Below are positions 9,675 through 19,134 of a DNA stretch of 64,000 nucleotides, piece after piece. A program made the position numbers and the translations under genes. The notes under the pieces were generated by a model, which saw only the letters and a list, made by a program, of their open reading frames with translations, was not told the origin of the DNA and did no database searches. Source of the DNA: Promethearchaeota archaeon. GTDB lineage: Archaea > Asgardarchaeota > Lokiarchaeia > Sigyniarchaeales > SOKP01. The stretch spans positions 36,893 through 100,892 of the forward strand of contig JBHLNS010000009.1 in NCBI GenBank assembly GCA_048941285.1, written 5' to 3'. Each line of letters begins with the position of its first letter. Position 1 is the first letter of the stretch.

Positions 9675-10700
9675 ATGAAAAATAATATTTACTTGGGAGA
9701 TATTGGAGAAATTAAGTTAATTAAATTAGTCGAACAACAAATTTTAAAAAAGACTGGTAAAGAGTTAATAATTGATGATTCTTTTTTTTTTGATGTTAAC
9801 GATAAGAAACCAGGTATTAAAATAGTCCTAAATTCTGATATGTTAGTATCTACAACCGATGTACCTACTCTTATGAATTCTTATCAGATCGGTAGAAAAT
9901 CTGTGATAATGAATGTTAGTGATTTAATTGTTAAAGGTGTTAAACCAGAAGGCATAATCATTTCTTTTGGCTTACCAAAGGAACTTGAAAAAAAATCATT
10001 CATAGATATCGTAAATGGAATCATAGATTGCGGTATAGAATTCGATCTGGATTATATAGGAGGAGATATTAATGAAACAAAAGAACTAATAATAAATCCT
10101 ACTGTTTTCGGCTTTAAACACCCCTCAGAAATAATCTATAGAAAAGGTATTAAAGTAGGAGATATTTTGGTTGCTAATAACAAGTTTGGATTAACAGGTG
10201 TAGGATTTAATATTCTCCTAAAAAAGAAAGGAGGTCTCAATGATTTTCCTTATTATAAAAGAGCAATAATGAGTGTTCTAGAACCAGTAATCTCAGCTAG
10301 GGAAGCATTTACGTTAGCACAAAAAGATTTAGCAACTTCTAGTATAGATTCTTCTGATGGGCTCTATAAATCTTTAAAAGATCTAATGATTTCTAATCCA
10401 AATCTTGGATTTGAAGTTGAATTTAATGATAATTTAATTGATGAGGAAGCAATTAATTATTCAAAAGAATATAATGTTTCTTTGGAAGAATTAGTTTTAA
10501 ATGGGGGGGAAGAATTTATACATTTATTTACAATAAATCCTGAAGATTTCAAACAGGCCCAAAAAGAAATCCGATCGGCGAGAGGAAATATTTTTAAAAT
10601 CGGAAAAGTTATTTCAGAGGATTATATTTCTATTTCTAAGGAGGGAGAAAAAAAAGAGATAAGTAATTATGGATTTGAACATTTCATTAAAAGGGTTTAA
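9675..10700 (+). CDS. thiL: Thiamine-monophosphate kinase
   Basis: IGEIKLI, NSDMLV, MNVSDL, IGGDIN, IDSSDGL and GGEEF motifs. Confidence 0.92.
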   Translation: MKNNIYLGDIGEIKLIKLVEQQILKKTGKELIIDDSFFFDVNDKKPGIKIVLNSDMLVSTTDVPTLMNSYQIGRKSVIMNVSDLIVKGVKPEGIIISFGLPKELEKKSFIDIVNGIIDCGIEFDLDYIGGDINETKELIINPTVFGFKHPSEIIYRKGIKVGDILVANNKFGLTGVGFNILLKKKGGLNDFPYYKRAIMSVLEPVISAREAFTLAQKDLATSSIDSSDGLYKSLKDLMISNPNLGFEVEFNDNLIDEEAINYSKEYNVSLEELVLNGGEEFIHLFTINPEDFKQAQKEIRSARGNIFKIGKVISEDYISISKEGEKKEISNYGFEHFIKRV

Positions 10701-10825
10701 ATAGTGACAGAATTAATGAAAATAATTTACATTTGGACGAAAGGAACTGATTTAGATAAAATTTTTATATTATTATAGATTTATACTCATACTATTTAAG
10801 CTTAAACATTTAAAAAATTCTTGAT

Positions 10826-10932
10826 GGGCTATTGGCGCAGGCAGGTAGCGCAGCAGGCTTTTAACCTGACATTTATGGGAAGATCTCCCATAAAAAGAAA
10901 GGTCGGGGGTTCAATTCCCCTATAGCCCGCCA
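10826..10932 (+). tRNA. tRNA-Lys(TTT) with encoded CCA and a ~30-nt intron near 44/45 (about 10871-10900)
   Basis: Acceptor GGGCTAT/ATAGCCC, anticodon loop CT-TTT-AA, T arm GGGGG-TTCAATT-CCCCT. The insert has hairpin TTTATGGGA/TCCCATAAA; exact splice sites are uncertain. Confidence 0.88.
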
Positions 10933-11047
10933 TTGTTCACCTTATTATATATAAATTTGATTTTAAAAAGATAACTAGAGTTTAAGAAAAATTTATGAGA
11001 TCTTTAAATTTATAATTAATAAAAAAAACCCTTCATAACAATACCAT

Positions 11048-12052
11048 ATGGAAAATTTAGAATTTAAGCTTCCATCCGATGAACCTGAGCAGTTATTAGT
11101 TAAATCTCAGGATGATACAAACCCAGATTATGGATGTGAACCAAATAAAAGAAGTATTGAAGCACTTCTACAATACGGTGTGATAAATCTAGACAAACCT
11201 AGTGGCCCTACTAGCCATGAAGTTGTCTCATGGGTTCGTAAAATTTTGAATATATCAAGCGCAGGTCATGGAGGAACGCTCGATCCTAAGGTTACTGGTG
11301 TATTACCATGTGCTTTAGGAAATGCAACTCGTGTATTATCCGCATTATTAAGTGCTGGTAAAGAATATGTTGGGGTAATGTATTTACATACGTCAGAAAA
11401 ACAAGAAAGGATAGAAAAAGTATTTAAATTATTTACTGGAAAAATTTATCAAAGGCCTCCATTGAAGTCATCAGTCGTTAGAAAGCTAAGGATAAGAGAG
11501 GTATATTATTGTGAAGCTATCGAGGTTGAGAAGAATTATGTTTTATTTAGAATTGGATGTGAAGCTGGAACTTACGTCAGAAAATTTTGCTTTGATATAG
11601 GAGAAGCTCTCTGTTCAGGAGCTCATATGCTCGAGCTTAGAAGAACTAGAGTTGGGAATTTCAAAGAAAATGACAACCTTACATCGCTACAGAATTTAAA
11701 GGATGCATATACAATTTATCAACTAGAAGAAAATGAGTATTATTTGAAAAAAATAATCTATCCCATGGAAAAGATGGTATCCCATTTGCCAAAAATTTAT
11801 GTTAGGGACACTGCGGTCGACGCATTATGCCATGGAGCAGATTTGGCATCCGCTGGTATTTGTTATATTGATGCTAGAATAAAAAAGAATATGTTAATAG
11901 CATACATGACTTTAAAAAAAGAGTTAGTTGGATTTGGGACAACATTAAAGGATGCTTTACAAATTTATAAAGCGAAATCAGGAATTTTAGCAAAAACCAA
12001 TAAAATTTTTATGGAAAGAGGAATATATCCGCGATGGAAGGAGAAAAAATAA
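11048..12052 (+). CDS. cbf5: H/ACA RNP pseudouridine synthase Cbf5
   Basis: LDKPSGPTSHEV, GHGGTLDPKVTG, GTYVR and LRRTRVG motifs; C-terminal PUA domain. Confidence 0.95.
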   Translation: MENLEFKLPSDEPEQLLVKSQDDTNPDYGCEPNKRSIEALLQYGVINLDKPSGPTSHEVVSWVRKILNISSAGHGGTLDPKVTGVLPCALGNATRVLSALLSAGKEYVGVMYLHTSEKQERIEKVFKLFTGKIYQRPPLKSSVVRKLRIREVYYCEAIEVEKNYVLFRIGCEAGTYVRKFCFDIGEALCSGAHMLELRRTRVGNFKENDNLTSLQNLKDAYTIYQLEENEYYLKKIIYPMEKMVSHLPKIYVRDTAVDALCHGADLASAGICYIDARIKKNMLIAYMTLKKELVGFGTTLKDALQIYKAKSGILAKTNKIFMERGIYPRWKEKK

Positions 12053-12071
12053 AATATTCTAAATTTATATC

Positions 12072-12701
12072 ATGGCTGAAAAGAAAAATCATTATTTCAG
12101 TAAATTTCCCGATGTTAATGTAAAAATTTATACAATATCTGAAAGTTTAAGAAGGCATCTTTTTATTTTTAAGACTGTAACTGGAGTTTTTTCTTTTAAT
12201 AATATCGATCTTGGAACCAGAGTTTTAATAAACAATATGTATATTCCACAAGATCCTTCTGTTTTGCTTGATTTAGGTTGTGGTTATGGGGTAATAGGTA
12301 TCGTTTTAGGCTATGAATCACCTCATAGTTCTGTTTATTTAATAGATATTAATAAGCGAGCGATCTGGTGTGCTAAAGAGAACATCAAGATAAATTTGCC
12401 AGATCAAACTAAAAAGGTTGTTGCTTTATCTGGAAATTATTTCAGCCCCATTCAAAATAAGAATATAAAATTTGATGGAATTTATATGAATCCTCCATTA
12501 CGTCAGGGAAGGAAAGAATTTCTAAATCTTTTAAATGATATTCAAAATTATCTAAAAAAAAATGCTTCTTTTCAATTTGTAATAAGAAAAAAAATGGGAG
12601 CTCCTTATATTTTAAAATATTTTAAAGATACCTATCCAAATGAAAAGATTGAGATTCTATGCAAACGAAGTGGATATTGGGTTTTTAGATGTTTTCATTA
12701 A
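12072..12701 (+). CDS. RsmC-like small SAM-dependent methyltransferase
   Basis: GVFS..IDLGT, LDLGCGYGVIG and MNPP motifs. Confidence 0.85.
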   Translation: MAEKKNHYFSKFPDVNVKIYTISESLRRHLFIFKTVTGVFSFNNIDLGTRVLINNMYIPQDPSVLLDLGCGYGVIGIVLGYESPHSSVYLIDINKRAIWCAKENIKINLPDQTKKVVALSGNYFSPIQNKNIKFDGIYMNPPLRQGRKEFLNLLNDIQNYLKKNASFQFVIRKKMGAPYILKYFKDTYPNEKIEILCKRSGYWVFRCFH

Positions 12702-12815
12702 TGATAATTTAATAAAAACCTCGTTTGTTTTAAGAAAATAAACGAAAAAATGGAAAAATTTTTTAGATTAGTATCATTTGAATATTTATAATTCGTAAAA
12801 ACAGAGGATTTTTCC

Positions 12816-13073
12816 TTGACTAAAAAGAAACAGATTGATGTTTTACTCCATAAATTCGTTCCTAAACATGTACTTTTAACTAAAGAAGAATCGCAAAATC
12901 TTCTAGAAAAGTTCCGCATTGAAGTAAATGACCTACCTCAAATATTTGAAAAAGATCCAGTTGCAATTGCTATCGGGGCAAAAGAAGGAGATATCATAAA
13001 AATAATAAGAGATTCCGAGACAACGGTTAAATCAGTAAATTATTATAGATATGTAAAAAAGGAAAAAGCTTAA
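12816..13073 (+). CDS. rpoH: RNA polymerase subunit Rpo5 (H)
   Basis: HKFVPKHVLL, LPQI..DPVA..IGAKEGDIIKIIR..YYRYV. Confidence 0.95.
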   Translation: MTKKKQIDVLLHKFVPKHVLLTKEESQNLLEKFRIEVNDLPQIFEKDPVAIAIGAKEGDIIKIIRDSETTVKSVNYYRYVKKEKA

Positions 13074-13117
13074 TATTATTTTTTATTGAAAAAAAAATTA
13101 GTAGGGTTTATTGTATT

Positions 13118-16100
13118 TTGAGTTCTGAAAAATTATCAAATGAAGATAAATGGGTTATTTTAAAGAGTTTATTTGATGAAAAGGGATTAGTACGTCAACA
13201 TTTAGATTCTTATAATAATTTCATTGAATATGAAATGCAGACAATAGTAGATGAATCTGGCGAAGTAATTCCCGATATACCTGGTTTTAAGATAAAATTT
13301 GGAAAAATTAAAGTGGGAGTACCTAAAGTTAGAGAAGCTGATGGTGCTACTATGGAAATCACTCCAATAGAAGCAAGAATTAGAGAACTTAGTTATGCTG
13401 CCGATATTGCGCTGGAAATGACTCCAATAACTATTGATGAGCGAACTCAGAGAGAAGAAGCTGAGGAAACTCTTGACATTTATATAGGCAAAATTCCTAT
13501 AATGCTTAAAAGTTGTCGATGTCCATTAGAAAGTCTCTCTGAGCCTGAATTAATCAATAGGGGGGAAGATCCTTTAGATCCAGGAGGATATTTCATAATA
13601 AACGGAACTGAGCGCGTTCTCGTTACACAAGAAGATTTAGCGCCAAATAGAATTCTTGCTGAGGAAGCCAGTAGAAGTTCCAGTGCAACTCATCAAGCTA
13701 AAGTTTTTTCAACAAGAAGTGGATTCCGTGCACCTGTAACAATTGAAAGGAAAAAAGATGGAAATTTAAGAGTTTCTTTTCCTTCAGTTCCAGGTAAAAT
13801 TCCGTTGGCAATTCTTATGAGATCTTTAGGATTACATTCAGATCGAGAGATTTTTGAAGCAATATCTGAAAATGATGAAATCCAGAAAGAATTAATACCT
13901 GTGATAGATGTAGCATCAGAGATCCAAGTTTTAAAAGATCCCGAAAAATCACAACAAAATGCACTTGATTATATAGGAAAGAGAGTTGCAATTGGACAAA
14001 CTAAAGATTATCGTATTAGAAGAGCACTTCAAGTCTTAGATAGATATCTTTTACCTCATATAGGGAATGCGGAAGAAGATAGAATCAAAAAAGCTTATTA
14101 TTTAGGACAGATGGCGCAAAAAGTAATGGAACTTGCTTTGGGATTAAGAGAGCCAGATGATAAAGATCATTATGCTAATAAAAGACTAAAGTTGGCAGGA
14201 GAATTATTTACTTCGTTGTTTAGAGTTGCTTTTTTAAATCTTGTTAAAGATATTAAATATCAATTAGAAAGAACTGCTGTTAGAGGAAGAGCTCCGAATA
14301 TAAAAACCGCTGTCAGAGCAGACGTCATAACTGAAAGAATAAGGCATGCATTAGCTACTGGGAACTGGGTTGGTGGAAAAGCTGGGGTTAGCCAACTTTT
14401 AAATAGAACTAATCATGTTGGAACTTTGAGCCATTTGAGGCGAGTAATATCACCATTAAGTCGCAGTCAACCTCACTTTGAAGCTAGAGATTTACATCCA
14501 ACTCAATGGGGAAAAATCTGTCCCGCAGAAACTCCTGAAGGCCCGAATTGTGGCTTAGTTAAGAATTTAGGATTAGCCTCAATAATCTCTGTTGGCACTG
14601 ATGAGAGAATTATTGAAAATATCTTAATTGATTTAGGAGTGATTCCAATAAACGAAGTTAAAAATGTGAGAGGAGAAAAGGTAAAAGTCTTTTTGAACGG
14701 GAAATTAGTAGGTATACATCAACAGCATAATCCATTTATACGACAACTAAGAGAAAAAAGAAGAAAAGGAGAAATTGGGCAACATGTTAATATTGGATAT
14801 TATCATGATTCAAAAGAAATTCAAATCAATTGTGATGCAGGAAGGGCTACCAGACCTTTATTTGTTCTAAGAAATAACAATTTACTTGTTTCAAAAGAAG
14901 ATATTGAAAAACTCAGACAGAATAAATTTATTTGGTCAGATTTAGTTCAAAAAGGTGTTATTGAATATTTAGATGCTGAAGAAGAAGAAAATGCTTATAT
15001 AGCAATGTTTGAAGAAGATATAACACCCGAACATACTCATTTAGAGATATCACCTGCAGCAATTTTAGGGATTTGCGCTTCAATTATTCCATTTCCAGAA
15101 CATAACCAATCTCCTAGAAATACTTATGAAGCAGGAATGGTAAAACAAGCATTAGGTTTATTTGCTGCAAACATGCATCTAAGATTAGACACTCGAGGGC
15201 ATACCTTACATTATCCTCAACAACCTTTAGTAAAAACCAGTCCAATGGAGATCATAGGAATAAATAAAAGACCCGCTGGTCAAAATTTTATCATCGGAAT
15301 GATGAGTTTCGAAGGCTTTAACATAGAGGATGCAATAATCATCAATAAGGCATCAATCGAGCGAGGTCTTGCACGAAGCCATTTTTTTAGGACATATGAT
15401 GCTGAAGAGAGGAAGTATCCAGGGGGCGAAGTTGATAAATTTGAGATCCCAGAACGCGGTGTAAGGGGATTTAAATCTGCCGAGTCATATAGATTACTTT
15501 CTGAAGTCGATGGAATTATTGAACCAGAAACTCAAGTCAATGGAGGAGATGTATTAATAGGAAGAACATCTCCACCTAGATTTATTAAATCTTATGAAGA
15601 ATTCGAATTAATGCAACCTAATAGACGTGAGACTTCAAAAAATATGCGTCATAATGAACAGGGAATAGTAGATACTGTTATTATTTCAGAAACTGTTGAT
15701 GGCAATAAATTAGTTAAAATAAAAGTCAGAGATTTAAGAATTCCAGAATTAGGAGATAAATTCTCTTCCCGACACGGCCAAAAAGGTGTATTAGGATTAG
15801 TTGTTGAACAAGCAGATATGCCATATACTTCTTCTGGAGTAATTCCAGATATCATTGTAAATCCACACGCAATGCCCTCTAGAATGACTTTGGGACAACT
15901 TTTTGAAGGCATTAGCGGAAAAATTGCATGTACTACAGGAAAATTAGGAGATGCAACTGCTTTCGAATGGACAGATATTACAAAACTTCAGGAGCAATTA
16001 GTTGCAGCAGGATTTGAATTTAATGGAAGAGAAGTAATGTATAATGGTATCACTGGAGAAAAATATGAAGCAGGAATTTATTGTGCACCAATTTATTATC

Positions 16101-16489
16101 AAAAATTATATCATTTGGTTGCAGATAAGCTTCATGCTAGAGCAAGGGGACCAGTACAAATATTAACAAGACAACCCACAGAAGGACGTGCTCGAGAGGG
16201 AGGCTTAAGATTTGGAGAAATGGAGAGGGATTGTTTAGTTGGACATGGATCAGCGTTACTCTTAAAAGAACGCCTCTTGGATGAATCTGATCGAACAGTA
16301 ATATTAGTATGTGAAAAATGTGGACTTCTTGCTGTTTATGATAGAAACAGAGATAAACGTTATTGCCCAGTTTGTGGAGAAGGAACTATTATTTCCAAGG
16401 TTGTCTGTTCTTACGCTTTTAAATTGCTCTTACAAGAAATGATGAGTCTGGGATTAGCGCCTCGTTTAAAATTGAAAGAAAAAATCTAA
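13118..16489 (+). CDS. rpoB: RNA polymerase subunit Rpo2 (B), unsplit
   Basis: DPGGYFIINGTER, ETPEGPNCGLVKN, GDKFSSRHGQKG and GGLRFGEMERD motifs. Confidence 0.98.
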   Translation: MSSEKLSNEDKWVILKSLFDEKGLVRQHLDSYNNFIEYEMQTIVDESGEVIPDIPGFKIKFGKIKVGVPKVREADGATMEITPIEARIRELSYAADIALEMTPITIDERTQREEAEETLDIYIGKIPIMLKSCRCPLESLSEPELINRGEDPLDPGGYFIINGTERVLVTQEDLAPNRILAEEASRSSSATHQAKVFSTRSGFRAPVTIERKKDGNLRVSFPSVPGKIPLAILMRSLGLHSDREIFEAISENDEIQKELIPVIDVASEIQVLKDPEKSQQNALDYIGKRVAIGQTKDYRIRRALQVLDRYLLPHIGNAEEDRIKKAYYLGQMAQKVMELALGLREPDDKDHYANKRLKLAGELFTSLFRVAFLNLVKDIKYQLERTAVRGRAPNIKTAVRADVITERIRHALATGNWVGGKAGVSQLLNRTNHVGTLSHLRRVISPLSRSQPHFEARDLHPTQWGKICPAETPEGPNCGLVKNLGLASIISVGTDERIIENILIDLGVIPINEVKNVRGEKVKVFLNGKLVGIHQQHNPFIRQLREKRRKGEIGQHVNIGYYHDSKEIQINCDAGRATRPLFVLRNNNLLVSKEDIEKLRQNKFIWSDLVQKGVIEYLDAEEEENAYIAMFEEDITPEHTHLEISPAAILGICASIIPFPEHNQSPRNTYEAGMVKQALGLFAANMHLRLDTRGHTLHYPQQPLVKTSPMEIIGINKRPAGQNFIIGMMSFEGFNIEDAIIINKASIERGLARSHFFRTYDAEERKYPGGEVDKFEIPERGVRGFKSAESYRLLSEVDGIIEPETQVNGGDVLIGRTSPPRFIKSYEEFELMQPNRRETSKNMRHNEQGIVDTVIISETVDGNKLVKIKVRDLRIPELGDKFSSRHGQKGVLGLVVEQADMPYTSSGVIPDIIVNPHAMPSRMTLGQLFEGISGKIACTTGKLGDATAFEWTDITKLQEQLVAAGFEFNGREVMYNGITGEKYEAGIYCAPIYYQKLYHLVADKLHARARGPVQILTRQPTEGRAREGGLRFGEMERDCLVGHGSALLLKERLLDESDRTVILVCEKCGLLAVYDRNRDKRYCPVCGEGTIISKVVCSYAFKLLLQEMMSLGLAPRLKLKEKI

Positions 16490-16631
16490 GAAATCAAATT
16501 TGTTTTTTATGTCTTATTTTTTAAGTATTAGATATGACTCTTTTAAAATTTCTAATTATCCTAAGATTTTTTTTTTAAAAATAAATTTAGAAAAAAAAAT
16601 AGGAATTAATATTTGTCCAATTTCTTGCTAA

Positions 16632-17048
16632 TTATAATGAAAACCCGAGGAAGCTAGCGAACCCTGGGATTAAAGTGTACAATAGGAATAATATAAACAG
16701 CGTCAATAATGAAATCCATACAGAACTGTCCCAAGCAACATCAAGAAGAAATTTAACAAGGATCATTATTATTAAAAAGCCAATAATTGGTACTAATAGC
16801 ATCAAATAATTTCCATCGCTCCATGGGATTTGACTGAAAACCGCAAATACTGCGCTAATTGCTCCCAGTACTATTGGAATCACAAGTACAATTATAAAAG
16901 CTACTAAGATAATTAAAAATTTCTTATCTGAGGCTTTAGTTTTTGAAACTATAACTATAACAGCAATATACATAATCAATGTAACGATAACTGTTGCCAA
17001 AATAAGCCAGATTATAAACCAAAGAGTAGGATCAAGTTGAAATAACAT
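16632..17048 (-). CDS. Membrane protein, about 4 TM
   Basis: Hydrophobic ORF with an upstream AGGAG Shine-Dalgarno-like site. Confidence 0.7.
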   Translation of the reverse strand: MLFQLDPTLWFIIWLILATVIVTLIMYIAVIVIVSKTKASDKKFLIILVAFIIVLVIPIVLGAISAVFAVFSQIPWSDGNYLMLLVPIIGFLIIMILVKFLLDVAWDSSVWISLLTLFILFLLYTLIPGFASFLGFSL

Positions 17049-17225
17049 TTTATTCTCCTTTTTTTCTATTTAATTGAAGAAATTGTGATTATTAGAGGAA
17101 AAATTTTCTTCTTTTTTAAATATTGACAAAACCAATTCTATTTCAAAACTGATAGGAAGTAAACAAAAATTTCTAAAACTTCTAAGAAAATTGATAATTT
17201 CAAGTAAATTTATTGATTTTATGAT

Positions 17226-17426
17226 TCATAATCCATATGAAAGCAATAAAAAGTGAAAGGCGAATGCTAAAAATACAGCAGAAATCACAGCGGTAATAAT
17301 GGATAACTTAATTGATATCTCTCTCCCATACTTGGTATATATGATTAAAATTGTTAATGAAATTATTCCTATAATAAGAAAAAACCACGCTAAGACCCAT
17401 ATTGTTAGAGATGGAACAACAGCCAT
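17226..17426 (-). CDS. Small 2-TM membrane protein
   Basis: Two hydrophobic helices; fills the intergenic gap. Confidence 0.65.
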   Translation of the reverse strand: MAVVPSLTIWVLAWFFLIIGIISLTILIIYTKYGREISIKLSIITAVISAVFLAFAFHFLLLSYGL

Positions 17427-17568
17427 ATTCCGTACATCAAAATTTTTTTATAATCTGTATTTTTAGATATGTTTTATTTTTTTTTAATTTTATTAATGAA
17501 AAAAATTTATAATTATAATCTTTTGATATTTATTAGATAAAATTAGAAATAAATAAAAAGAAACTTAA

Positions 17569-18363
17569 ATGGATAATAAAATGCACTTTCTAAGAAAAAT
17601 TATTCAAACCCCAATTCTGGATGATCCTGCTAATAATTATAAGGAAATTCATCGGCACTTTTATAGGTATTCGAGAGGAGATTTTATAGGCCCTGCTTTG
17701 AAAATAAGCCAAACTAAGACAAAATTCACACTGAAAGGTAGTCATGAGTATGAGGATTTGATCCAAGAATTAGTTGTAAATGGAATTTCAAATCCTAATG
17801 ATAAATTTGAAATTAAAGGAAGATTAATCACTGGGGAAGATATTCATGATGAAATTATTAAATTAGGATTTAATTGGGATCTTAAGCAATCTACAGGTCA
17901 AACAAAAAACTTTAAGGTGGATATTATTGATAAAGCAAATAAAGAGTCATTATTACAGGGTATTGAAGCTTTTCGGGAAACCAGTTATTTTCTAATATCT
18001 TTCAATGTAAACCCAGCTTGCAAGGTATCAACTAATAAAAATATCCCTCAACCTTCTAAAAAAAAAGTTGAAGAAGATGATGTAAATAAAAGGATTCAAT
18101 TTTGTACTGGATATCTTAATAATACTGATAAAAATCTAAATAATATAATAGATAATGCATTATATGATTTTAAATCTGATTTTCCAAAAAACTGGAAATC
18201 ACTCATTATTTTTAACAATTATAAAATAACTGATATTGAAATCCCTAAAAAAGTTTCAAATTCAAGATTGTTAAGAATAATGGCAATAAGAAAAGGCAAG
18301 CTGTTTCGTATTCTTGATATTGATGGTGAAATTATAGAAAAACAATATTCAATTGTCGTTTAA
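17569..18363 (+). CDS. Hypothetical protein
   Basis: 264-aa ORF directly upstream of tfe; no function recognised. Confidence 0.7.
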   Translation: MDNKMHFLRKIIQTPILDDPANNYKEIHRHFYRYSRGDFIGPALKISQTKTKFTLKGSHEYEDLIQELVVNGISNPNDKFEIKGRLITGEDIHDEIIKLGFNWDLKQSTGQTKNFKVDIIDKANKESLLQGIEAFRETSYFLISFNVNPACKVSTNKNIPQPSKKKVEEDDVNKRIQFCTGYLNNTDKNLNNIIDNALYDFKSDFPKNWKSLIIFNNYKITDIEIPKKVSNSRLLRIMAIRKGKLFRILDIDGEIIEKQYSIVV

Positions 18364-18489
18364 ATATTAATTTCAAATTTTTCTCATAGGAATTTTCAAA
18401 AAAATTTAACTTTTATAAATTATTTATCTATTAAATTTAAATTGATTAAATGAACGAGGCTAAGTCATATTAAAGAACTGAATCCTTAC

Positions 18490-19044
18490 TTGCGATCTTT
18501 TTTATATATTATTGGTGGTGAGATTGCCATATATGTTGGTGTAGAACTTCTAAAATCTGAAGCAGAAGATATTACTGATGAAGACATAACTGAAAGCATA
18601 AAACAGAGTATTGAAGGTACAGACATCGATTTCGAACCAGATGATTCCGAAATCTTAAAATTAAATACTGTTCGTAAAACACTTTATAAATTATATTCTG
18701 AAAAGCTTGCTCAATTTAGACGCATAAGAGATAAATCTACAGGATGGTTTATCTATTATTGGTGGCATGAATTCGATTTGCTTGAAGAAATTCTTCTTGA
18801 GAAAAAGAAATTGATTGAGAGTAAATTAAGAGATAGATTAGACTTCGAACAAACTAATTATTTCTTTATTTGTAATAATTGCCAAGATTCAAATATGAAA
18901 TATAATTTTGATGAAGCTTTTGAACTTAATTTTAGATGTCCTGATTGTGGGGGCCCACTTGAAGCTCAAGATAATCAAACGATCATTGAATTTTTGAAGG
19001 AAAAAATTGGTCAAATTCAAAATACACAAATTTCAATTGAATAA
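18490..19044 (+). CDS. tfe: Transcription factor E (TFIIE-alpha homolog); true start uncertain
   Basis: ITDEDI..KLNTVRKTLYKL..RDKSTGWFIYYW and zinc ribbon CNNC..FRCPDCG. Confidence 0.93.
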   Translation: MRSFLYIIGGEIAIYVGVELLKSEAEDITDEDITESIKQSIEGTDIDFEPDDSEILKLNTVRKTLYKLYSEKLAQFRRIRDKSTGWFIYYWWHEFDLLEEILLEKKKLIESKLRDRLDFEQTNYFFICNNCQDSNMKYNFDEAFELNFRCPDCGGPLEAQDNQTIIEFLKEKIGQIQNTQISIE

Positions 19045-19134
19045 ATAAATTCGCATTTATTACTAAAAATAGTGTTTACAATAAGGTTTTTTTAGCTGGA
19101 ATATTATCTATTTTAAAATTTAATCTATATCCAT

